Part shown: positions 8,947 through 18,566 of the stretch, one piece after another
Numbering within the stretch: position 1 is the stretch's first letter
Layout: each line of letters opens with the position of its first letter
Virus record (IMG/VR): IMGVR_UViG_3300010883_026915
Coordinates: 16,015 to 80,014 of that record
DNA: 64,000 nt
Direction: 5' to 3' (one strand)
Source: a virus
Program-made: the position numbers and the translations under genes
Notes under the pieces: generated by a model
Database searches by the model: none
Told to the model about the DNA's origin: nothing
The model's input: only the letters and a program-made list of their open reading frames with translations

Positions 8947-9570
8947 ATGTCTGAGTTGATTTATCCTGTTTGTATTGGAATGGAAAGATCTGGATCTACA
9001 GTTGTATGGCAAATAGCATCACTAGTACTAAAAAATAGATTGGAAAAAACACATGACTATGTTGATGGCACATGTGATTGTATCTACACCTATAGAGATC
9101 CAATAGCATGCTATATCTCACTAAGAAGAGTTTTTCTAGATGTATATCCTAGAGGTATAGCAGAAAATCATGCTATAAGAAGACTATATAGCCATGCACA
9201 GTATTATAAAAACCTTCTAAGGGATAAGCGAAGAGGTCGAAGAGTTTTATTTTTAAAATACGAAGATTTCTACAACATGCAAGAAGAAAGAATTATTTAT
9301 ATTTCCAGGTTTTTAAATAAAAAACTTTCCGCAGAAGAAGTCAAAAAAATACTAAATCAGACTTCCATAGAGGAAAATCTTAAAAAAAGTAATAATAGAA
9401 ACTTTGGAATAGTTGATAAAGATAGTAATTTACATGGATTTCATATAAATCCAGTAACGCTTGGCAACCCTGAAAGCTCTCTATCAAAAAAAGAAAATTA
9501 TACACAAATAGCAGAAATAAAGAGTGATCCAAGAATGGTAGAGCTAAGAAAGATTTTCTGCTATTATTAA
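8947..9570 (+). CDS. Sulfotransferase family protein
   Basis: GMERSGST (5'-PSB loop), YRDP...S (3'-PB), LKYEDF, ISRFL. Confidence 0.75.
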   Translation: MSELIYPVCIGMERSGSTVVWQIASLVLKNRLEKTHDYVDGTCDCIYTYRDPIACYISLRRVFLDVYPRGIAENHAIRRLYSHAQYYKNLLRDKRRGRRVLFLKYEDFYNMQEERIIYISRFLNKKLSAEEVKKILNQTSIEENLKKSNNRNFGIVDKDSNLHGFHINPVTLGNPESSLSKKENYTQIAEIKSDPRMVELRKIFCYY

Positions 9571-9584
9571 TAGTAAACACCAAT

Positions 9585-9613
9585 TTGAAAAATATTGTTT
9601 CTTATAGTAAAAT
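9585..9613 (+). promoter_or_regulatory. Sigma70-type promoter upstream of the Cas4-like nuclease
   Basis: TTGAAA (9585-9590), 17-nt spacer, TAAAAT (9608-9613), then GGAG at 9621-9624 and ATG at 9630. Confidence 0.6.
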
Positions 9614-9629
9614 ATAACTAGGAGAAATA

Positions 9630-10481
9630 ATGGAAAAATTAATTACAAGCAGTTTTCCAACTGGGAAAAAACATATATCTTTTTCTGAAATAAAGATATG
9701 GAAAGAGTGTTCATGGAGACATAAGCTAGTATATATTGATAAAATAGACATGTTCGAACCGTCACCTTACCTAGATTTTGGAACTGCAGTTCACGAAGGC
9801 TGTGAGACATATTTAAAAAATAGATCTGTTAATGTTGAAAAGCTTAAGGAAAATATAGTTTCTGCATGGGAAAAGTATGGATTTGATAATCCTGAATGGG
9901 TAGCTAAGCAACCATCATGGTATTTGAAATCATCTAATGTAGGTGTGGAAAAATGGTGTGAGTGGGCAGAAAATATGTGGGCAGAAGTTCCAGAATTTTT
10001 AGAAGAAACTTTTCCCGGATGGGAATGCTTTGATGCTGAGGAGACACTATATGAATCAATAGATAAAAAAGATATATTATTTAAAGGATTTATTGATGGT
10101 ATTATAAAAGTGCCAAAGAAAAGAGGTGAAGGGAGCATTTATTGGATTATTGATTGGAAAACTTCTGGAGCCTATGGGTGGAGAAGAGATAAGAAGCAAG
10201 ATCTAGGGATGACAGCACAATTAATTCTTTATAAGCATTTCTGGGCTAGAAAGCACGGAATCGATATAAAAGATGTTAGGTGTGGGTTTGTACTTTTAAA
10301 ACGAGGGGGTAAGCAAGGCAAAATATGTGAACTAGTAACAGTCTCAGTAGGCCCAAAATCTCTTGAAAAAGGAAAAAAATTAATGAACAATATGGTGGGA
10401 TCTGTTCAGAATCAACTATTTCTAAAAAATAGAAATAGTTGTAAGTATTGTCCATACGAAAATACAAACTACTGTACATAG
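9630..10481 (+). CDS. PD-(D/E)XK exonuclease, Cas4/AddB-like with Fe-S cysteines
   Basis: HISFSEIKIWKEC, FGTAVH, FKGFIDGI...IIDWKT, QLILY, C-terminal CKYCPY.....C. Confidence 0.85.
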   Translation: MEKLITSSFPTGKKHISFSEIKIWKECSWRHKLVYIDKIDMFEPSPYLDFGTAVHEGCETYLKNRSVNVEKLKENIVSAWEKYGFDNPEWVAKQPSWYLKSSNVGVEKWCEWAENMWAEVPEFLEETFPGWECFDAEETLYESIDKKDILFKGFIDGIIKVPKKRGEGSIYWIIDWKTSGAYGWRRDKKQDLGMTAQLILYKHFWARKHGIDIKDVRCGFVLLKRGGKQGKICELVTVSVGPKSLEKGKKLMNNMVGSVQNQLFLKNRNSCKYCPYENTNYCT

Positions 10482-10548
10482 TATTCAAATTATTAACAAT
10501 ACTTCTTTTTATAGTATTATTTTTTAAACAAAGAGTGAAAATTTCTAG

Positions 10549-11790
10549 ATGAAAAAGAAAATATTAATTTTATCTGACCATGCATTATCAACGTCAGGAG
10601 TTGGAACACAGACAAGACATTTAATAGAGGGCCTTCTCAAGAATAATAAGTATACATTTAGGCAATTTGGCGCCGCATTAAAGCATAATGATTATAGGAC
10701 AGTAGTTGTAAATGAAGACTTTATAATAAAACCCATTGACGGCTTTGGCGATAGAGATTTGCTTAGAGTTACACTTGCAACAGAAAAGCCAGATGCACTT
10801 ATTATATTTACAGATCCAAGATTTTTTATATGGCTATTTGAAATGGAAGATGAGATACACCAGATATGCCCAATTGCATGGTGGCATGTATGGGACAATA
10901 CTCCGTATCCTAGATATAATGAGCCGCTTTATAATGCAACAGACTTAATAAATTGTCACTCTCATCATACATACAAGCAACTGTATGATAAGTTTCCAGA
11001 TAAGGTTAATTTTGTACCTCATTCAATTCCAGAGGAAATATTTAAACCTCTTCCTGAAAACATGGTAATAGATGAAAAGAGGAAAATACTAGGAAAATCT
11101 AAAGAAAATCATTTTGTTGGAATATGGGTTAATAGAAATGCAAAAAGAAAGAGATCTGCTGATGTTCTTGAATCTTGGAAGCTATTTTTAGATAATTTAG
11201 AAAAAGATCATGGTCATAAAAATGCTACACTTATTATGCATTGTGACCCTCTTGATCACGAAGGACCAAATTTATTATCTGTTTCAGACATGCTTGGGAT
11301 AAGTGAAAACGTAATGTTTTCAAAAGAAAGATTAGACTTTGATCAAATGAACGTACTATATAATATTTCAGATTTTTGTCTAAATATTAGTTTTGCTGAG
11401 GGATTTGGTCTATCAACACTTGAGTCAATGCAGGCAGGAACACCTATAATTGCTCAAAAAACAGGAGGTCTGACAAGACAAGTAGAGGATCATCGTGATG
11501 GATCACAAAACGGTGTTGCACTTGATGTTGAGCTAAGAACATTAGTAGGCTCACAGCAAGTTCCCTATATATACGAGGATTATGTTTCAAATGAAACAAC
11601 GTCGAAAGCAATTATGAAAATATACAATCTTGACGAAGACGAGAGGGAAGAATTATCAAATAAGGTTATTGACTATGTAAATAGTGAATTCAATCATCAG
11701 ACTATGATTGATAAATGGGATACAACACTTTCCAGTTTAATTGATAACTGGAAAGATAACTATAAGAGATTTGAAATTACAACATTATGA
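10549..11790 (+). CDS. Glycosyltransferase, GT-B fold (GT4-like)
   Basis: ILILSDH...SGVG, VNRNAKRK, EGFGLSTLESMQAGTPII (EX7E). Confidence 0.88.
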   Translation: MKKKILILSDHALSTSGVGTQTRHLIEGLLKNNKYTFRQFGAALKHNDYRTVVVNEDFIIKPIDGFGDRDLLRVTLATEKPDALIIFTDPRFFIWLFEMEDEIHQICPIAWWHVWDNTPYPRYNEPLYNATDLINCHSHHTYKQLYDKFPDKVNFVPHSIPEEIFKPLPENMVIDEKRKILGKSKENHFVGIWVNRNAKRKRSADVLESWKLFLDNLEKDHGHKNATLIMHCDPLDHEGPNLLSVSDMLGISENVMFSKERLDFDQMNVLYNISDFCLNISFAEGFGLSTLESMQAGTPIIAQKTGGLTRQVEDHRDGSQNGVALDVELRTLVGSQQVPYIYEDYVSNETTSKAIMKIYNLDEDEREELSNKVIDYVNSEFNHQTMIDKWDTTLSSLIDNWKDNYKRFEITTL

Positions 11791-12968
11791 AAAAAATAAG
11801 AGCAATTATAAGAGCACCGCTACTTTCTGTAAGTGGATATGGAGTTCATTCAAGACAGCTACTTACATATCTTGAAAAGTCTGATTTAAATTTTGATATT
11901 GAAACACAGACTGTAAACTGGGGAAATACTCCATGGCTGCTTAATCCTGATCTAGAAAACGGACAGGTTGGAAGAGTTATGGAAAAAAGTATGAAAAAAG
12001 ATGAAATAGCTGATGTTTCATTCCAAGTTCAGCTACCAGATGAATGGGATCCGAATCTTGCAAAGATAAATATCGGTCTATCAGCAATACTAGAGACAAA
12101 TCTTTGTAACAAGGAGTGGGTAACTGCTTGCAATAATATGGATGCAGTTATAGTTCCATCACAACATGCAAAAGAAGTTCTAGAGATGTCTGGTAACCTT
12201 GAAACAGAACTATATGTTGTTCCAGAATGGTTTTTTCCAGAAATAATTGAAGAAAATTCAGCAGACGAATATTTTAAAAATTATAATTTCGGTACAGATT
12301 TTAACTTTTTAATTGTATCTCAGCTAACAGGTCAAAATACTGACACTGATAGAAAAAATATATTTTATACACTAAAGTGGTTTTGTGAAGTTTTCAAAGA
12401 TGATCCTAGTGTTGGAATTATATTAAAAACAAACCATGGAAGGGGGACATCTATAGACAGAATGCTAACTGAGAGCCTTCTAAAAAATGTTCTATCAGAT
12501 ATTGGAAAGAAAGATTTTCCAAAAATACATTTCCTTCATGGAAATTTAACACCATCTGAGATGGCAGGGCTATATTCCAACAAGTCTGTCAAAGCATTTG
12601 TAAGTCTAACAAGGGGCGAAGGCTTTGGATTACCATTACTTGAGTCAGCTGCAGCAGGAATACCCGTTATAGCGACAAACTGGTCAGCTCACACAGAATT
12701 TTTATCAATGGGAAGATTTTTATCTATAAATTATGACTTAATAGATGTACCAGAGTCAAAAATTGACGGAAGGATATTTGTTAATGGAATAAAATGGGCC
12801 GACCCACACGAGAAAGATTTTAAGAAAAAAATAGCAAAGTTTAGAGAAAAATCTGAAATACCAACAGAGTGGGCAAAAGAACTATCTGCTAAAATAAGAA
12901 ATAAATACTCTTCTAGTTCAATATGCAAGATGTATGACAGTGTTATCAAAGAGATATTAGAGGTATGA
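11787..12968 (+). CDS. Glycosyltransferase, GT-B fold (GT4-like)
   Basis: SGYGVHSR, DRKN, TRGEGFGLPLLESAAAGIPVIATNWSAH (EX7E). Confidence 0.88.
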   Translation: MKKIRAIIRAPLLSVSGYGVHSRQLLTYLEKSDLNFDIETQTVNWGNTPWLLNPDLENGQVGRVMEKSMKKDEIADVSFQVQLPDEWDPNLAKINIGLSAILETNLCNKEWVTACNNMDAVIVPSQHAKEVLEMSGNLETELYVVPEWFFPEIIEENSADEYFKNYNFGTDFNFLIVSQLTGQNTDTDRKNIFYTLKWFCEVFKDDPSVGIILKTNHGRGTSIDRMLTESLLKNVLSDIGKKDFPKIHFLHGNLTPSEMAGLYSNKSVKAFVSLTRGEGFGLPLLESAAAGIPVIATNWSAHTEFLSMGRFLSINYDLIDVPESKIDGRIFVNGIKWADPHEKDFKKKIAKFREKSEIPTEWAKELSAKIRNKYSSSSICKMYDSVIKEILEV

Positions 12969-13294
12969 TTGAATTGCTAGCTATTTCTAAGATTGTATTT
13001 TTTATACTCTTAGTGTTAGCTCTTTTATATTCTATCAGGCTAAATATAAAATTAGGTATCTATCTACTAGATGTTGAAGATTCAATAGAAGAGTCACTTG
13101 ATATTCTAGATGCTCAGTACAAATCTATATCATCAATATTAGAAATACCAATATTTTTTGATTCTATGGAAGTTCGACGTGTAATTGGAGATATAGAAAG
13201 AGCAAAGATAGCAGTATTAAAAGTAGCAAATGTTCTATCATCTGTAAGCGAAGTAGAGCAATATGAAGAAGTAGAGCAATCTGAAAAGGATTAG
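12965..13294 (+). CDS. Hypothetical protein with N-terminal transmembrane helix
   Basis: Hydrophobic IVFFILLVLALLYSI followed by an acidic helical region; ATGA overlap. Confidence 0.7.
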   Translation: MIELLAISKIVFFILLVLALLYSIRLNIKLGIYLLDVEDSIEESLDILDAQYKSISSILEIPIFFDSMEVRRVIGDIERAKIAVLKVANVLSSVSEVEQYEEVEQSEKD

Positions 13295-13301
13295 AATAAA
13301 A

Positions 13302-14045
13302 GTGGCAATTGTAGCAAAGAAAAAAACAAGAAAAAGAAGATCAAAGAGTAAGAAGAATGATTACTTTACGCAAGCTACTCATGATGCAATTAGAGAGTTT
13401 CAAAATACTGAAGCAAATTCAGGTAAACATAAAATATATGTTGAAAATATACTCCCGGCGTTTAACAAGCTAGCAGAAAATTTAATTTTTATACATAGGT
13501 TTGCGAAGACTGCTGATTCATTTGATAGATTAAAAAATGACTGTGTTACATTTTTATATGAAACATTGCATAAATTTGACCCAGATAGAGGTACAAAGGC
13601 ATTTTCTTATTTTAATGTTGTTGCAAAAAACTGGCTAATTATTCAAAGCAAAAAACAAGCAAAGCAAGTTAGAAGAAATATAAGCCTCGAAGATATTCAA
13701 GAAAATCAGGGAAGTGAACTAGCACAACACGCAGCATTCAAAGTCGCTGCAGTTCAAGAAAGGAATATGATAAAAAGAGAGTCAAAAGCTGACTTGGAAA
13801 AAATGTTACATGAGATAAAAAACAGGCTAAGAACAGAAAAGGAAAATTCTTGTATTGATGCAATTATATCACTTTTTGAAAGAGTTGATGACCTTGAGCT
13901 ACTTAATAAAAGAGCAGTGTTCATATACTTAAGGGATATATCAAACCTGTCACCAAAACAACTTTCTGTTACAATGTCAACAATTAGAAAACACTATAGA
14001 GATATTACAGGAAGGGATGATTTTTCACTTATTCTTGGAGATTAA
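13302..14045 (+). CDS. Phage late-transcription sigma factor (T4 gp55-like)
   Basis: KFDPDRGTKAFSYFNVVAKN resembles sigma region 2 of gp55-type factors; lies just upstream of the virion genes. Confidence 0.68.
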   Translation: MAIVAKKKTRKRRSKSKKNDYFTQATHDAIREFQNTEANSGKHKIYVENILPAFNKLAENLIFIHRFAKTADSFDRLKNDCVTFLYETLHKFDPDRGTKAFSYFNVVAKNWLIIQSKKQAKQVRRNISLEDIQENQGSELAQHAAFKVAAVQERNMIKRESKADLEKMLHEIKNRLRTEKENSCIDAIISLFERVDDLELLNKRAVFIYLRDISNLSPKQLSVTMSTIRKHYRDITGRDDFSLILGD

Positions 14046-14047
14046 AA

Positions 14048-14428
14048 ATGATTAAAAAAGATGGTAAGCGTTTTTCAGAAAAGATAACTGAGCTAGAATT
14101 GAAAATAACAAGATTTTCTGAATTACTTGAGTCTTTGGAAAACACTGAAGATAAGAAGAAGCTTTTGTGGAAAGAGATTTATGAAAATTCTCTAAGTGAT
14201 AGAGAGAATGCAAGTATACTCCTTACAGACTTACTAATGCAAACTAGGGGAAATCTTGCAAACCATGGTACATACGGATCAATTTTATCAAAATATCTTG
14301 AAAGGATGTCAAAAAGCAATGATCAGATACTAAGACTTGCAGAGATTATAGGCAAAGAAGAAGAAAAGTCAGTAGATATAAACGATATATACTCTAAAAT
14401 TAGTGAGAGCCAAGATGGGCCAGTTTAA
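14048..14428 (+). CDS. Hypothetical helical protein
   Basis: 126-aa ORF tightly packed between the sigma and baseplate genes. Confidence 0.7.
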   Translation: MIKKDGKRFSEKITELELKITRFSELLESLENTEDKKKLLWKEIYENSLSDRENASILLTDLLMQTRGNLANHGTYGSILSKYLERMSKSNDQILRLAEIIGKEEEKSVDINDIYSKISESQDGPV

Positions 14429-15866
14429 AAGTTTTAATTCTCCTGAGTGCAAAAAACCTGAGGCTGGTAGACCAAATAAAGAAACGAAAAAAACCGTAGA
14501 AAAAACAGGTTCCGGAAGGCTTCTATATCAAGCTGTTGTTTTAGATTTCTTTTCAAATCCTGAATCTGATTTAGAAAAATCGTATAATGGATCAACGGTA
14601 AGAGAAACACTAGGTCTCCTTGCAAATGGGTCAACAATGCCTCGTGGCTCAATTCTTGCAAAAATTGTATCTGATGATTTGGCATCTGACTCAAAGCCTG
14701 ATGTTGCTGTTAAAGGTTCTATATTTCTCCCAATGTTTCCTCATCTTGCTATGCCAGTCAAGCCTGGCGAAAGAGTATGGGTGATATATGAAACATTAAA
14801 CAAGTCGACTGCAAAGGTGGGATACTGGTTGTCAAGAATCTCTTCTGATGTTCGAGTTGATGATATTAACTATACACACTATTCTAGGGAAGCTTTATAT
14901 GGCGGCGGAATAGATGGAATAACAGATGCTCAGGCATATGGATTTGCCCCAGCTGGCACGACAGATGAGATTCCAGGTAGTGATTCTTATAATTTACTAT
15001 GCAATAATTCATTCTCGTATAATGAGCAATTTGTAGGTGAACCGGTTCCCAGATTCTCTCAGAGGGTTGGAGACTTAGTTCTGCAAGGATCAAATAATAC
15101 GCTTATATGTCTTGGACAAGATAGAAAAGATCTCTCTGGGCCAGAAAAAGACACCGATCACCTTGACAAATCAGGAACAATAGATATGGTCACTGGTCGT
15201 GGTCAGCCAGCCACTTTGCCCGCCACCAGCACTGCACCTTCAAAAGAGGTAGATCTGTCTACAGTTCTAAAAAGTGAAATTAGAGATTATTCAGAGATAG
15301 ATAAATTTCCAAGTCATAGCAAAACTCCTTCAAATATAGCAGAGGGCAACCCTGATTACACAAATGATCTATCAAGAGTTTATGTCTCATCAAACACAGA
15401 CGGCGATGTAAAGTTTGGCGGAACTGTTGCTGATCTAGTGCTTGGTGGTACAACTGGAGCAAACTCAAGTACAGGACCTTATGTTGTCGTAAAATCAACA
15501 CACCCTAGAATCATAGCACGCAGCGACGGAAGTGTAAAGATTGTACACCAGGGCGGCTCTAGCATATCGATGGACAGCTCTGGAAACGTTCAGATTGTGG
15601 CAGCTGGGAATATAAGCATGGGAACAGCAACCGCACTAAAAATGCAACCATTTGTAAGAGCAGATGATCTAGAGATTGAACTTGCAAAGATAGTTGCAGC
15701 AATCACTGCAGTTGCAGCAGCAGCAGGAACTGCAATCGCAGCAACCCCAGCCAACATCACCCCCGCCACCGCAACCACTGCGGGTGTAACTGTCAGCGCT
15801 TCTGCATCTGGTCTTTCAGCCTACCTTGCAGCAAACTTTAAGTCAAGTATCATAAAAGGTGAGTAG
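14403..15866 (+). CDS. Baseplate hub/spike protein (gp5/VgrG-like, no lysozyme domain seen)
   Basis: PMFPHLAMPVKPGERVWV (OB-fold-like), GDLVLQGSNNTLICLG and short beta-strand repeats (GSVKIVH.GGSSISMDSSGNVQI); upstream of gp25/gp6. Start may be ATG 14415. Confidence 0.6.
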   Translation: MRAKMGQFKSFNSPECKKPEAGRPNKETKKTVEKTGSGRLLYQAVVLDFFSNPESDLEKSYNGSTVRETLGLLANGSTMPRGSILAKIVSDDLASDSKPDVAVKGSIFLPMFPHLAMPVKPGERVWVIYETLNKSTAKVGYWLSRISSDVRVDDINYTHYSREALYGGGIDGITDAQAYGFAPAGTTDEIPGSDSYNLLCNNSFSYNEQFVGEPVPRFSQRVGDLVLQGSNNTLICLGQDRKDLSGPEKDTDHLDKSGTIDMVTGRGQPATLPATSTAPSKEVDLSTVLKSEIRDYSEIDKFPSHSKTPSNIAEGNPDYTNDLSRVYVSSNTDGDVKFGGTVADLVLGGTTGANSSTGPYVVVKSTHPRIIARSDGSVKIVHQGGSSISMDSSGNVQIVAAGNISMGTATALKMQPFVRADDLEIELAKIVAAITAVAAAAGTAIAATPANITPATATTAGVTVSASASGLSAYLAANFKSSIIKGE

Positions 15867-15952
15867 GTATCATTTTTTACAACAGCACTATATACGACAT
15901 GACAATGCTTGTTACAATAATTTTATAATACCCATAAAGGAAAGATTTAAAA

Positions 15953-16135
15953 ATGGAAAAAGATGAAGTAATGAAGCTTGCTAAGCTTAGAAGCTATTTA
16001 ATAACCTATTATAACAAACTCGAAAACCCAGGAAACCAAACTTCTTTGACTTCGACAAAGGATGTTGCATACCTATGTGAGACTGTAATTAAGAGCATGG
16101 ATGACATTCTTAAGGAATTTGTTAATTTTGAATAA
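15953..16135 (+). CDS. Hypothetical protein
   Basis: 60-aa ORF with an upstream AAGGA, filling the gap between baseplate genes. Confidence 0.6.
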   Translation: MEKDEVMKLAKLRSYLITYYNKLENPGNQTSLTSTKDVAYLCETVIKSMDDILKEFVNFE

Positions 16136-16178
16136 ATAAAAATCTAGCATATGTATAGTCTCAGTTTCACAATGCTGT

Positions 16179-16185
16179 ATAATTA
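16179..16185 (+). promoter_or_regulatory. Candidate late promoter ATAATTA
   Basis: 16 nt upstream of the gp25-like start; the ATA(T/A)TTA motif recurs at similar spacing before other late genes. Confidence 0.45.
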
Positions 16186-16201
16186 ATACTGGAGGCTTTA
16201 C

Positions 16202-16690
16202 ATGCCATCACCACCAGACGATGAAGAATTTAGATCTTCTGGTCTTTATTTTACAAGCGGATCATTATTAAGCGAGGTTGAAGCCCTCGCTGTTGGTGTT
16301 AGATTACCAATTGAAGTAGGAACAGAACGATCTGATTTATTTCAAATGAATTATGATGCTGCTTCTCAAGTTGGCGATAACTTTAAAAATCTTGTAAATA
16401 CTGATCATAATGAAAGGCTTGGGAGTCCAAGCTACGGTGCAAATCTTGGTCCGCTAATATCAGAGTATCAGGAGTTAGGTGATGATTTTGAGTCAGCAGC
16501 GATGGATAGAATACAAGCAGCAGTTACAAAATGGATGCCAACAGTCCAGCTTAACACTTTTACTTCGAAATTTGTCGAAGATAGAGATCCTGGAATGCTC
16601 AGGCTTGATATATCAATAGGCTACAGTGTCACATCGCCCACAGTAAGCTTTTCAGGAAGGAAATTAAATGTATCGTTTATGCTTCTATAA
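16202..16690 (+). CDS. Baseplate wedge subunit, gp25/GPW-like
   Basis: QVGDNFKNLVNT...ERLGSPSYGANL...IQAAVTKWMP.V pattern; directly before the gp6-like gene. Confidence 0.8.
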   Translation: MPSPPDDEEFRSSGLYFTSGSLLSEVEALAVGVRLPIEVGTERSDLFQMNYDAASQVGDNFKNLVNTDHNERLGSPSYGANLGPLISEYQELGDDFESAAMDRIQAAVTKWMPTVQLNTFTSKFVEDRDPGMLRLDISIGYSVTSPTVSFSGRKLNVSFMLL

Positions 16691-16709
16691 TTTATACGTG
16701 AGAGTTTAA

Positions 16710-18563
16710 ATGTCAAATAATAAAAAAAACACAGTTCAATCAATTAGAGAATCACAGAGAACATATTTAAATAGAGATTTTGATTCATTCAGATCTTCAC
16801 TTTCTTCATATGGAAAAGCTTTTTTTAGTGAAAAAAATGCTGACTTTGGCCCAAATGGATTTGCTGGAATGATGATTGAGCTAGCAGCATATGTTGGTGA
16901 CACACTTTCTTATTATATGGATCATCAATTCCAAGAATTAGATCTTTCAGAAGCTGTCGAGCCTTCTAATGTTGAGAGGCTTATACGGAATACAGGTATG
17001 AAAATAACTGGCGCCTCTCCTGCAACAGTTCTCGTCGATTTTTATATTGAAGTTCCAGCAATACTTGAAAGGAGAAAATATGTTCCTAAATCAACCCTTT
17101 TACCTGTAATAAAGGAAGGAACTACAGTTTCATCTGGTGGCGGAATTATCTTTACACTATACGAAACACTTGATTTTAGTAGAAAAAGCTCAATGGGAAA
17201 TATTATTGCAACTTATGTTACTATGAAATCAGATTCATCTGGAAATCCAACGTCATTTTCTGTAAAAATGTCAGGAATGTGTATATCATCAACAACTCAA
17301 AAAGAACAGTTTGTCATACCCAATAGGTTTGAACCTTTTAGAAAGATAATGTTATCAAATGCAAATGTAACTGAAATAATTGATATAATAGATTCAGAGG
17401 GCAATGAATATTATGAAGTTGAAAGCTTAACGCAGGATACAGTTTTTAAAAGGGTTGACAATCTTGCATATGATTCTGAATCTGTTGCAGAAAACATAGA
17501 GCTTCTTCCAGCTCCAAGAAGATTTATTACGTCAACATCAATAAAATCAAAAAAGACACAAATTCAGTTTGGCGGCGGAAATGCAAAATCTACTGATAAC
17601 GATTTAATGCCAGACCCTTCTGAGCTATCAATTCCATTTTACGGAAAGAGAACATCTGTTTCAAATTTTGCTATTGATCCAAACAGGCTTTTAAATACAA
17701 TTACACTTGGAATCTCACCACAAGGCACAACAATTTCAGTAAGGTATAGAGCAGGAGGCGGCATTAAGCATAATGTTTCTGCTGGGTCAATTAGAAATGT
17801 AAACAATCTTAAGGTAAAGTTTGGATCAAATATATCAGCTCCTAGTGTTTCATCAATACGATCATCACTAGAAGTTGATAATCAAAAAGCTGCAGCTGGC
17901 GGAGAAAATGCACCAACATTGAATGAAATGAGATCAATAGCACTGTCATATAGAAACTCACAATCGAGAATAGTTACAAAGGATGATCTTGTAGCAAGAA
18001 TATATACTATGCCAAATAAGTTTGGAAGGGTCTTTAGAGTTGGAATTAGGGCAAATAATAATAATCCGCTTGCAAGTGTTATTTCAATATTAAGTCGTGA
18101 CTCTGATGGGAAGTTAACAATATCATCAGACTCGCTTAAGCAAAATTTAGCAACATATATAAATGAATCAAGATTAATATCAGATGCAATAGATATAGTT
18201 GATGGTGCCGTCATAAATATTGCAGTAGCATATGGTGTTACAGTTTCTGGAAATTGTAACCCAGAGACAGTTATTCAAAAAATAAATACATCAATATACT
18301 CATACATGAATATTGAAAATTTTCAAATAGAGCAGCCAATTATAACATCTGATATAGTAAATATAATATTAAATACTCAAGATGTAGTCTCTATAGTAAA
18401 TTTGAAATTTACGAATAGATATGGTGTTATTGGTGATAATGTATATAGCGGCATATCATATCCGATCGATCAAAACACTAGTAGAGGAATGATAATATCA
18501 CCACCGGGCTCTATATTTGAGTTAAAATATCCAAATGAAGATATAGTTGGAACAATAAGGTAA
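16710..18563 (+). CDS. Baseplate wedge subunit, T4 gp6/baseplate J-like
   Basis: YLNRDFDSFR...MMIELAAYVGDTLSYYMD.QFQE, IQFGGG, AAGGE...RIVTKDD. Confidence 0.85.
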   Translation: MSNNKKNTVQSIRESQRTYLNRDFDSFRSSLSSYGKAFFSEKNADFGPNGFAGMMIELAAYVGDTLSYYMDHQFQELDLSEAVEPSNVERLIRNTGMKITGASPATVLVDFYIEVPAILERRKYVPKSTLLPVIKEGTTVSSGGGIIFTLYETLDFSRKSSMGNIIATYVTMKSDSSGNPTSFSVKMSGMCISSTTQKEQFVIPNRFEPFRKIMLSNANVTEIIDIIDSEGNEYYEVESLTQDTVFKRVDNLAYDSESVAENIELLPAPRRFITSTSIKSKKTQIQFGGGNAKSTDNDLMPDPSELSIPFYGKRTSVSNFAIDPNRLLNTITLGISPQGTTISVRYRAGGGIKHNVSAGSIRNVNNLKVKFGSNISAPSVSSIRSSLEVDNQKAAAGGENAPTLNEMRSIALSYRNSQSRIVTKDDLVARIYTMPNKFGRVFRVGIRANNNNPLASVISILSRDSDGKLTISSDSLKQNLATYINESRLISDAIDIVDGAVINIAVAYGVTVSGNCNPETVIQKINTSIYSYMNIENFQIEQPIITSDIVNIILNTQDVVSIVNLKFTNRYGVIGDNVYSGISYPIDQNTSRGMIISPPGSIFELKYPNEDIVGTIR

Positions 18564-18566
18564 AAC

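Noticed and set aside
9630-10481. CRISPR-Cas system
   Set aside because: Only a solo Cas4-like nuclease; no repeat-spacer array or other cas genes, and intergenic gaps are at most ~110 nt
10493-10520. Sigma70 promoter TTAACA-N16-TATTAT before the first glycosyltransferase
   Set aside because: Imperfect boxes and spacing in very AT-rich DNA; cannot be distinguished from chance
86-12968. Bacterial LPS/capsule locus, i.e. host chromosome flanking a prophage
   Set aside because: Same strand, composition and gene coupling as the phage genes; contains a phage-type nuclease and runs directly into the late sigma; no export genes, integrase or att-like boundary seen
14048-14428. Terminase small subunit
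   Set aside because: Size and helical character fit, but there is no diagnostic motif and it is far from terL; 55474-55860 is an equally unsupported candidate
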